Shown: piece after piece, positions 1 through 9,693 of the stretch | Layout of the letters: each line of letters begins with the position of its first letter | Numbering within the stretch: position 1 is the first letter of the stretch | Source of the DNA: Chrysochromulina tobinii | Taxonomy: Eukaryota | Assembly: GCA_001275005.1 (NCBI GenBank) | Contig: JWZX01002949.1 | Location: forward strand, 52,253 to 72,252 | DNA length: 20,000 nucleotides | Direction: 5' to 3' | Translations under genes and position numbers: made by a program | The notes under the pieces: model-generated | Database searches by the model: none | What the model was told of the DNA's origin: nothing | Seen by the model: only the letters and a program-made list of their open reading frames with translations

Positions 1-129
1 GGAGATGCAAGGGAGATGTAAGGGAGATGCAAGGGAGATGCAAAGGAGATGTAAGGGAGATGCAAGGGAGATGCAAGGGAGATGCGTCAGAGTGGTGAGA
101 GAGATGCAAAGGAGATGCGGGAGGAGATG
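1..129. repeat. Intronic minisatellite, 11-nt unit GGAGATGYAAG
   Basis: Seven near-perfect units at 1-77, then degenerate GGAGATG copies to ~129. Lies in the intron starting at 144 (-). The same motif recurs at ~264-283. Confidence 0.9.
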
Positions 130-144
130 GGCGCGAGCGTGTAC

Positions 145-1429
145 CTTGGTACTCTTCACAAAGAACGTGAAATAGGGGAGCGGCTTGCCCAGCACGACCT
201 TGACGAGGAACAGGAGGATGAGGAAGAGGGGAGCGACGGCACGCGTGGCGCCGTAGATCTGCGAGGGAGATGCAGGGAGATGCCAGGGGGTATGAGGAGG
301 AGAGGAAGGAGGAGAGCGAGGCGCGCGTGCCCTGGTAGAGAGTTGCGCGCCCGGGATCGTGCTCCAACATGTGCGCTCAGGCTCGAGATGTAGCGGAGAT
401 TCGCACCTGTGCCCCCGGAGTCACATCAAAGAACCCGAGCTCCGGCTCAATGTACTCGACTCCACAACCGCGGGCCGCGATAGGGCTCATCTGGCAACGG
501 GCGGCCTTGCCTCGGGTGATGATGTCGTCCTCGTCTTGCGTGAAGGAGAGGTAGGTGCCGTAGCACTGCACCATCATGATAGGGAAGATCGAGGCGAGGG
601 TGACAATGCCAAAGCCCTCGAGCGCATTCTCCTTCTTCTCAGCGGGTGCATCCGAAGAGAGCGCGGCCTCGGCCGCCTTCTGAGCGTTGACAGTCTTCAT
701 GACGCCGATGCCGAGGGCAAGGAGCACTGGGACGGTCACGGGGCCCGTCGTGACGCCGCCACAGTCCCACGCGAACCCGAGCACCGGCCGCAGCCGAGGG
801 TCTCCCCACCACATGTAGCACGAAAGGCCCATGGTCGGCAGCAACGTCGAAAAGATGAGCGGGAGCAGCGGCCAGTCCTTGACGAAACGCAGAGTGCCCA
901 GAATGGCGGCCAACCCGACGCCGATGCCCACCATCAGCACGGTCGTCTGCGTGTTCTCCTTGAGCGCGCAGTAGAGGTAAGCTGCCCTCTCCGGGTCGAC
1001 TTTGTTCGCGAGCGGCGCGAGGGACGCGATCGCTGGCTCAGCGTACGTGACCGTGACGCCCAGAATGAACGCCACGAGGAGGATCGCCGGCAACGGCAGC
1101 ACCTGGGGCAGCTCGACGCCCAGCTGGTCACTCAGTGGCATGATGGTGACACGCAGGGCGTCGACGAAGAAGACGAGGCCGACGACCGCGCAGCTCAAGC
1201 CGAAGATCATTTCGGTGCTGGGAGGCATACCCTCCTGGAAAAAAACGTACATCCACGCCATGAGCAGGATGGTGATCGGTAGGATGGCCATGAGTTGCTC
1301 CTTGGCCAGTTCGTAGTAGTGGCAACTCAGATCCACATCCTGGTCCTTCCATTCGCACGTAGAGGAGAGGAAGGATCGGAGACTCTCGGAGCTGCCCATC
1401 GCAGCCAGCCCCTCCAAGAAGATCGACAT
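145..1429 (-). CDS. DUF1538-family multi-pass membrane protein, 5' part: exon 1 1429..407, exon 2 258..145; continues beyond the left edge
   Basis: ATG at 1429. Hydrophobic helices with family motifs 'VTYAEPAI', 'GFAWDCGGVTTGPVTVPVLLALGIG' and 'GFGIVTLAS'. Phase-0 intron CAG|GTGCGA(406)...CTCGCAG(259)|ATC joins a 38-codon hydrophobic exon IYGATRAVAPLFLILLFLVKVVLGKPLPYFTFFVKSTK, followed by donor AAG|GTACAC at 144. Confidence 0.85.
259..406 (-). other. Spliceosomal intron (148 nt) of the DUF1538 gene
   Basis: GT-AG ends and a pyrimidine-rich 3' end on the minus strand. Removal skips the stop at 377-379 and keeps frame. Confidence 0.8.
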
Positions 1430-1649
1430 CCCGATCCCTCAACGGATGCTGCAGCCGTCAACTGATGCTGCAGGCCAGCTCGACGAGCGCGCAGATGTGA
1501 GAGCGCTTGCGACGCCGTCCAAAATGCGTCGGCCAAAAAATCTGTAAAATGTTCTGCTAATTGGCCAAATGTTCATTCTTTTGACGAGCCCCATGACACG
1601 CCCCCCGCGCCTCTCACGTGTCCAGTCGTCGCGTGCTACCGTCAGCCCG

Positions 1650-4600
1650 TCACAGCTCCTTCGAGGCCTTTCGTGCTGCCGGCTGCCGGAGCTGGATCTC
1701 GACCATCACCCAGCCTGTGATCGCGTCTTTGGACGCGTCCTTATCGTACTGGTCGAGCCACAACTTGAGCTGATGCGGCTTGCCATCAGCATAGTGCGAC
1801 AAGTCGAGCAGGCACTCGCCGAGGTAGTCATCCTTGCCCTGCCGGTCCCAATCGAAGCACACGAGGTGGAGCAGGGCACGCTCGCTCACGAGCGGCGCAC
1901 GTCCCCAGTCAACTTTGTCCCACTTGGGCTGGAGCGTCTCATGGCAGGTCTTCGAGCGCCACATGTGCTCGCAAGTGAGCTGCGCCTCGGGGCACCACAC
2001 GTGGATGTCGCAGTACGGGTCCGAGGCGCCGTTGTCATCGGCCGCGAGCAAGTCAGCCCCGTGGAGGAGCTTGAGCGTCAGATAATGCGACGTATGCTCG
2101 GGCGGCACGCTGCCAATGCTCTCGCCCACACCCTGCGCGCCGCGTCCGAAGAATTGGAAGATCTTACCCTCGCGCACGCGGTGGCTGCCCATGCGCTCGC
2201 GTACGTCCTCGGCGTACCTCGCGGCCGACAGGTCGTACACGGACGGCGCACTCGGCGCGCGAGCGAGCACGCTTCGCCAAAAGGTACCGATTTGGACCTC
2301 GTCGCCGAGCGCTGGCGCTGGCGCTGGTGGCCCGACGCCCTTGAGCACGTTCTTGGTAGTTGGCACGGCCCCTTTGCCTGTGTTGGCGAGCCCCTTGGAC
2401 ATGACGCGTCCCGGGGTCGGTGGATCCTCCGAAGGCCCCGCTGCGCTTGCCTTGCTGGGATTGGGGGGGGCTCCGCCTCCGCCTCCGCCTCCTCCTCTGC
2501 CTCCGCCTCCGCCTCCGCCTCCATCTCCGCCTCCACCTCCGCCTCCGCCTCCGCCTCCGCCTCCTCCTGCGTCGTCATCGTCGATGAGCTTAAGCACCAT
2601 GCGCACCTGCCCGCTGACCGGCTCGCCTTGGCGATCGAGCGGCGCCTGCACTTTGAACCACGCGTCGAGCTCGCCGGCGCCGTCGTGCGCCTGCAGCGCG
2701 CTCAGCGGCAGTAGCACCTCGCCCAGGTAGTCGTCTTTTTTGCCGAAATCGTAGTCAAAGATCACCACGTGCAACAGAGAGTCGATGGACGCGTACGGGA
2801 TCTCCCTCGGTCCGTCCTGGGTCCACTGCGGGCTGCACGTCTTTTCCACCGTCGTGGTCGACCAGGCAGAGTGCTCCAGATGCACCGAGCAGTACGGATC
2901 CGAGGTGCCCTGCGTCAGCTTGGCGCCAAACAAGCCGTTTCGGCTCGGCTCGTCCGCGGCGATGAGATCTCGTGCCTCCTTGATGACCATGCGCAGCTTG
3001 CCCAGTGGTCGGGCAAGAGCTACGATCTTATCCTCGGGCCTGCCTCCACCCATCGTCCGCTTCTTGCTGAGGGCATCGGTGATGCGGTGCCCACTTAGCT
3101 CGGTGAGCAACGTCCCCTTGAGCTCCTCGAGGACGTCCGTTGCGCGGTCCGGCTTCCAGCGCTCGCCATGGGCCTCAAGAGCCACCGTCAGGTGCACCTC
3201 GCCCGTCACAGCTCCTTCGATGCTCGCTGGCTGCTCGAGGCGAAACCAGTCCTCGATGGGCGCTCCACCGGGCACGAGCCCGCTCAGATCCAGCTTGACG
3301 TCGCCCATGAATGTGTGCGCGTTCATATTGTTCTTGTCGAACATGACCAGGTGAAGCAGCTCGTTCGTCGCCTCGACATCGAAGATGGCGCTCTCATTCC
3401 AAGTCGGGCTGAGCGTTGCGGGCTTGCATGTGGTGCGGTAGTAGCGTCCGTTGGTCTCACGCCCGTGACCCACCCACAGCTCGCAGAACGGGTCGGACGT
3501 GCCGCCCAAGTCTTTAGCCGCCAGTTCCCGCCCACGCCCGATGGTCACGCGGATCGTGGCGATGGCAGAATGGGCCGCAAGTCGCGCTGGCGGCGACGAC
3601 GAGGCGCTGTAGTCCGTCTTGGGGCCAAATAGACCTCTTGGGTGGTGCTTGCCGTGTCGGCGCGCCTCGAGCGCGGCTGTGCGCTCCTCACGTAGGAGCG
3701 TCAGGTGCACTATGCGGTCGAATGGGCCAACAGCGGCGGCGCTCTTGGCGCGAGAAGCGTCTTTTGCGCCCTTGTCGCTGGTCGTTGGCGGCCACTGGCT
3801 GGTGGGACCCGGAATGACGAGCTCGGGATGGCGCTCCCGCAGCGCGCGATCGAGCCGGTCCATGTCGGTGTGCACCTCACGTAGAGCGGCCGGGCTGAGT
3901 GGACCGCGCGCCGCCTCGAGCACGTTCCACGGGCTGTATGAGTGCCCGCCATGGCGCCCAAAGTCGGGCCCAGGTGAGTAGCCATGCCGCATCCATCCCG
4001 GACGAGGGTCGGGCAAATGCGCGGGCCAGTGGCTGGCATGCTGCGGATCGTACGAAGACGGCGGCGGCCTGTCGTAGCCGGCGGACGGCGGCGGCATGTA
4101 GGCCTGCCAGGCGGGCGGCTGCATCGGCCTGCCTGCTAGCCGATGTGGCGAGCCGACGCGCGGCGGCACGCCTAAGCGCAGCGGCGATGGCTGGCTGCCG
4201 GTCGGCTGCCAGCGCGCGGACATCGAGTGGGGTCTCCAGTGGGCCGAAGGGCTCCAATGCACCTGAAGAGGGAGGTCATCAGAGGTCATCAGTGGCAATC
4301 ATTCATCATCTCGAGTGGGGTCTACAGTGTGCCGAGGGGCCAATATGCACTCAGTGTCCATCAGTGTCCATCAGTGTCCATCAGTGTCAATCAGTGTCAA
4401 TCAGGGGCCAATATGCACCTCCATGTGCAGTAAGACATCAGTGAGGACGCCACGATACTCGAGCTGGAAGGGCCCATGAAGCGAGCCAAACTCGCGCACG
4501 TCGACGAGCGCGACCACACACCGTCCGAGCGACTGCGGCATGGCGCCGCCGCCGCCCTCCCGAACCGATGGGAGCCATGGGCGCAGCTCGATCTCGAGAT

Positions 4601-7600
4601 TGCCCTGCAGCGCCACGTGGGCCTCGACTGGCAAATTGTACGCCTGCCACTGCTGCGTGGGGTGGATCGTGCCGCTGGGCAGCAAATCAGTCTCGATCGT
4701 CTTGCCGTCGCACGTGAGGCGCGCGGTCGCTCCTTGATAGTAGACGCCGGATGGTGTGCCAACCGAGGGCAGTCCGCTCGTGCCGCCCATGAGCACTCGG
4801 AGCTCGCCCGCAAAGTCGGCCGAGCTCGCGAACGTGCCGGCGCCCGCGCTCGAGGCAGCGCTGCCCAACGACCATCCTAGAGATCGCGCCGAGCTCATGG
4901 CGGGGGGAGCGGGCGCAGGGGGCGCGACGGGCGGCGAGGGGGCGGGCGGCGAGGGTTCGGGAGGCGCGACGGCGGGTGGCGCGACGGCGGGCGGTGGCAC
5001 CGCCGCAGGCGGCGGCTCGGGCGCGGGCGCCCGCGGTGGAGTGGGAGGTCGGCGCCTCTCGAGCTTGCAGATCTCGTTCGAGGCGTCCGACCGGTAGGTG
5101 GGAGCAGGCGTCGAGGCCATGCGCCACGTGGCAGGGGCGCCGTACTGAGCACTCGCCTGCACGGGGGAGGGCTGGCGAGGCTGGCGCTTCGGCGCGACGG
5201 GTTGAGACGAAGGCGCAGCCATCCAAAATCCACCGCGCTCCTCAATGTCGCACACGAGCTGTGCGAACTCGTCTAGATCGAGCTCGCCATCGGGATGGGC
5301 GTCGTAGGCACTCAGAATGTCCATGGCCGCTCGCACGTTCGTGTCGATCCCGTAGTGCTGCAACGCCGCGCGCAGCTCGCGATAGTCGAGGTACCCCGAC
5401 CGGTTGGTGTCAAAGTGACTGAAGGTGGCGGCGACGCGCGGTGGAATGTCGCTGGGCCCTTCAGGCCCTGTGTCGGGCGCGGCGGGGTAGTAGGTCTCCC
5501 CGAGGTCCACCCCATCCCATGCACCGCCGTCCCACAGCGCACGGCGCTCGTCACGGGGCGTGTCGGCATAGGTGTCGGCATAGGTGTCGGCATAGTAGCC
5601 GCCCGGCCCCTCGGCGCCTTCGCCTTCCCACACCTGCCCGCCCGTCGGCATGCCTCGTGAAAAAGGGTGGCCGGCGCCGGCGCTGCCGCCGAGGCGCGAT
5701 GGCGGCGGCGGCGTGCGGCTGCGCGCTGATGCGGCGGCGTTTCCACGACGGCGCGCGCTGGGCTGCGCCGCGGCGGCGCCGACGTCTGCTGCGGCCTGAG
5801 AGAGTGTGTTGATGGCGTATAGCGAGACACAGAGCTGCCCAAGGAGCCGTTGGTGCTGTGGAGCGCCGACCGCCTGCACGGGCAGCTCGGCGTGCTTCAC
5901 GTCGGCCCCCGATCGAAGCAGATCCGCGAGGTTGAGCACAGCCGTTCCGACGTGCAGGCCTCGGCTCGTCTCGACCAGCTGCAGCCCCAGCTCGGCCTCA
6001 TGAGGTATGCCGCTCGCGAGGACGGCACCGAGCTCATTCCACCCCTCCGAACCGGGCGTGATCGTGATCAGCTGCTGGGTCGCCCAGAGCACCGGCTTGC
6101 CCGGCTCCTTGCGCGCCGAGGGCGTCGAGATGGGCGGGTAGCACAGGCGCAGGAAGTCGGTCTGCACCTGAAGCCACTCGACGGCGCCATCGCGCTGCAG
6201 TTTCTGGCACGGCAGGAAGTGATGCACTTCGAGCGTGAGCTGACCCGGCGGCGGCGAGTTGGGCACGAGGGCCTCGCGGGAGGGCACCAGGGCCGAGGGT
6301 TCAGCCTCCCTCAGAGGTCTTGCCGCCAGCCCTCCCGTGCCCCATCGACGCGCCGACGAGCCGAAAGCGGCGGCGGAGGCGGGGGTGGTGCACGCGCTGC
6401 CTTGCCCATAGACGTGTGCGCCGAGTTGTGAGGAACTGCCGGCCACCTTCTTGCGGTACGACGAGTGCGGGTCGAGCCACGCAGCGAAGGCGGCAAAGTC
6501 GATCGACGGGCCAGCGCGCGCTCCCGACTCATCCGCCGCGCGCTCGCCAAAGCGCTCGCGCAGCGCGCGATGGACGAGCGGCTCGTCGTGTGGGTGGACG
6601 GGCATACCTGATGAGGGAGGCCATCAAGAGGCCATCAGAGGCGATCGAGGACTCGTCGTGCACGTGGACGCGTGGCCGGGCATACCGATCTGCGCGGCGC
6701 CTGCGAGCAGCTCGTCGGCCGAAAGCCGACCGTCTTCATCACGGTCCCACGCGCGGAACAGGTCGTGCGTTCGGATCAAGTCCTCGTGCAGCTTGGCACG
6801 GATGCCTGCCGCGAGTGCGCCAAGTAGACGCTCCGGACGAATGTCGTCGGCCGCGTGGCTGCCAACGGATCCTTCCGAGCGTGCACCTGTGGGGAAAGGG
6901 GCGACGGCGCGCCGTGGTGAGCACTTGCATGCTGCACGGCTGCATCCTGATCGTGGCTGCTTCGTAGCGCGCACCTTGCGAGAACGGCGCGGGCAAACGC
7001 TGCTGCCGGAGTGGCGAGTTCACCCGCGCGGCCGCAACCCGCGCGGCCGCCGAGCGCTGCAACGACGCGCTCGGCGAAGCCGAACGTGCGGAGGAGGCGC
7101 GCGACGAGGGCGAGGGCGCGCGCAGCGGCGGCGGCGGCGGTGCATAGTGCGGCGGCGGTGCATAGTGCGGCGGCGGTGCATAGTGCGGCGGCGGGCCCTC
7201 GAGCGCAAAGGGCGGCGGCTCCTCGACGGCACGCCACGTGTATCCGGGCCCACTCTCTGGCATGTACGGCTGCGGCGCTGCGTCGACCACAAGCGGCTCG
7301 TCCCGAGGACCGTCAGGAGGGGGCATCCACCCCGCGGGCACGTGGTTCTGCACGAAGGTGGGCACCTCGTGCAACCACTGGCGTAGCTGTGCCGAGAAGA
7401 CGAAGGAGCGACTGCACCGGCCGTGCGCGCGCTCGCCCGTGCCGCAGATCTCCTCCGAGGGCGAGCCAAAGTCACCCGTCAGCTTTCGGTACAGGTCGAC
7501 CACATACTCTTGGCTCACCCCGGGTTGAGCGGAAACGGCCCATCCCGGCTTGAGCGCCGCAAGGGCGCACTGCTTGCCGTGCACCGCCTCCCAAGCAGCC

Positions 7601-7797
7601 TTCATCACCCAGCGCGTCGGCACCCAACGCTGGAGTTGACCCTCGGCGTCCACCTCGGGCAGTGGGTACGGCGACTCGAGGAGCCGGCGCACGAGGCCTT
7701 CGCCGAGCTTGTCGTAATTTGCGTCCATCACGCGCGATCCCGGGCGCCACGAGGCTTCGGCCTTCTTGGCGCGCACCATGCGGAGAGGCTCCGACAT
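1650..7797 (-). CDS. Large EF-hand / multi-C2 domain protein (~1941 aa); exons 7797..6975, 6886..6686, 6607..4419, 4262..1650
   Basis: Three GT-AG introns join four listed ORFs in frame; exon lengths 823+201+2189+2613=5826 nt. EF-hand loops DRDEDGRLSADE, DTNRSGYLDYRE and DAHPDGELDLDE. Three canonical C2 domains (e.g. AADDNGASDPYC...FDWDRQGKDDYLG) and two divergent C2-like domains, with Pro- and Gly-rich linkers. Confidence 0.85.
2471..2568 (-). repeat. Coding (GGAGGC)n repeat encoding a poly-Gly linker between C2 domains
   Basis: CCTCCG hexamer run on the + strand, translating to ~30 Gly with single D and R interruptions. Confidence 0.9.
4263..4418 (-). other. Spliceosomal intron (156 nt) containing a 10-nt satellite
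   Basis: GAG|GTGCAT...CCCTCTTCAG|GTGCAT, phase 0. Joins ORFs 4401..6605 and 1650..4298. Confidence 0.85.
4351..4404. repeat. Intronic tandem repeat (TCAGTGTCCA)3(TCAGTGTCAA)2
   Basis: Read directly; flanked by two copies of AGGGGCCAATATGCAC (4335-4350 and 4403-4418). Confidence 0.9.
5560..5595 (-). repeat. Coding 12-nt repeat x3 (YADT)
   Basis: GTGTCGGCATAG three times on the + strand. Confidence 0.85.
6608..6685 (-). other. Spliceosomal intron (78 nt)
   Basis: ATCG|GTATGC...CCCTCATCAG|GTATGC, phase 1. Joins the EF-hand exon to ORF 4401..6605. Confidence 0.85.
6887..6974 (-). other. Spliceosomal intron (88 nt)
   Basis: CAAG|GTGCGC...CCCTTTCCCCACAG|GTGCAC, phase 1. Shifts the frame into the EF-hand-encoding ORF. 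Confidence 0.85.
7131..7193 (-). repeat. Coding 18-nt repeat x3 (PPPHYA)
   Basis: GCGGCGGCGGTGCATAGT three times on the + strand. Confidence 0.85.
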
Positions 7798-8016
7798 CGC
7801 AAAGAGGAATGGCGAGGTAAAAGACGCCGCCCGGAATTTTTGGTGGTCTGTAGGTTGACAGTCCAATTGACTCCGTCATCAACACCTGAGGAAGCCTACT
7901 GTTGTATCCGCATGCATGGATGGTGTGCGAGGCAGAAGCATGCATGCATGACAGAACCATCCTGCTGCCCGTTCAGCAACGTCAAGTCGCGGGAAATCGA
8001 AGCGAAGACTGAAATC

Positions 8017-8664
8017 ATGAAGCAAGATGCTCTTTACGGCGTGCGCAGCGATCGCCACCAGGCGATCATGATGATGGATGCGGATGAGTTGCATGCCGCC
8101 CACACGTTCACCGCCGAGTTGACCTTCAACGAGGCAATGCTCAAGAGTCAGTTCGACGAGGCGAAGGTGCCCGACGCGTCGTGCATTTTTGGTGTGAGCA
8201 TCAAGGATGGCAAGCCGCACCGCTTCTGCGTGGGTAATGAGGACGCTGAGATTCTGCCGAAGTTTCTCATGGGTAAGAGCGCGCCCGATCGAACGCATGC
8301 ATCCAAGCCAGAGTGTGTGCACTCATGCAAGATGACATGAAGACAGCAAGATCTCATGTTTGCAAGAAGCAAGATGTTATGACATGATCGGACGTGTGTG
8401 CTCGCAGCGAAGCTGATCGCCATCGAGAGCGGCAAGGTCTTCGGCGCCCAGATGTCGATCACGATCGATGATGAAGAGCGCGACCGGTTGTATGCGATGG
8501 TACGTGAGGCACAGCTCCGCGGCATCAGTCCACTCGCCATCACCAAGCAGCAGAAGAAGATCAAGCTCTCGGCGGCCGCAACGCACAAGGGCGGCGGCGC
8601 AGCGAAGAAGCAGAAGGTGAACGAAATGGCTCCAGAGTCGTCCGATGGCGAGGCCGTCGAGTGA
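8017..8664 (+). CDS. Hypothetical ~170-aa protein with a basic C-terminus; exons 8017..8272 and 8408..8664 (5' end uncertain)
   Basis: ATGG|GTAAGA(8273)...CTCGCAG(8407)|CG joins two ORFs in frame. Codon usage looks coding, and the tail is NLS-like (KQQKKIK, KKQK). No domain recognised. Confidence 0.6.
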
Positions 8665-9693
8665 AGGTTCGCCGATGCGAGGCCGCTCGAGTGACATCTT
8701 GCACATCTTAGTTCGCATGACGAACGGGCGCGGAACGGGGAACAGAGTGAGCAGTGAGTGTGACTGTCGCGGGCGCGGGGTGTCGGCCTCAGTCGAGTGG
8801 CTCTGACGTCGTGACGTGCTCAAGCTCTGACCGGCAGGGCCGGAGCCGTCCCGAGACGCAAAGCGAGACGGTCGGGACGCTCGCGGGTCGGTCGGGTCCG
8901 AGCAGGGGTCCACCAGTGTCCAGTGGAGTCGTCGCGTCACACGGACACGCGGTCTCGCTCGGGGCACGGGGGGTCGGGGGCTCGCGAGCCGAGCCCGAGG
9001 CCCGAGCGGGGTCGCGCCGGGTACGGTACCGGAGGGCAACGCGACGCGGGCCCACCGCGCCGGGGAGCGGGTCGGGTGCACAATACACCGGGGCAGGGCG
9101 GGCCAGGGACGGGAAAAGATTCGTACAACTCGTAGGTACCCCGCGGTACCCGCGTTGGATACAGTTCGGTTCGCGCACGCGCACACACTATCTTAATGAG
9201 ATCGCACGACATGTCGCACGACGAGCAGCCCTGGAGTTCGACCCTGGAGTTCAGCCCGGGGGAGTACCCGACCGTCCTGCTGGGTCCTCGACCTGGGTCC
9301 GGTCATCGTCGGACCCGCGCTCAAGATAGCTACGCTCAGGATTCCACGGCGCACGCGGTCGATCTCCTTGTCGGTTCTTGCTCCACGCAGCTGCCACAGC
9401 ATGCTCCACTGTGGCACAGCCGCATCTCCATTCCACAGCCCGCTCACCATGCGTACTACGTGCACGTCACCCGAGCGCGCGAGGCATACCCCTCCCCCTG
9501 CTGCCCCCCCTCCCCCTGGTCCGCCAGCTCTGCCTGTCTGCGCCTTAGTCTGCGCCTCCCTTGCACCCTGTCGAGCCCCTCTGCGTGCGTCTGCCCACAC
9601 CCATGCACGCCGTCGCAGCGACGCCGCCATGCGAGTTGCGCGATGGTCTGCCTGCAGAGCGCTGCCTGCGGAGCGACTCGCGGCACGCTCCGA

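Noticed and set aside
1..129. Edge repeat as a telomere
   Set aside because: The 11-nt unit is not telomere-like and lies within an intron of a gene continuing past the edge.
359..1282. 307-aa + strand ORF
   Set aside because: Antisense shadow of the DUF1538 exon; no motifs, and long shadow ORFs are expected at this GC content.
1569..2730. + strand ORFs with SASASA and poly-Pro tracts
   Set aside because: Alternative readings of the poly-Gly repeat, antisense to the C2 gene.
9186..9200. CACTA pentamer as a CACTA transposon end
   Set aside because: No matching inverted terminus, subterminal repeats or transposase found.
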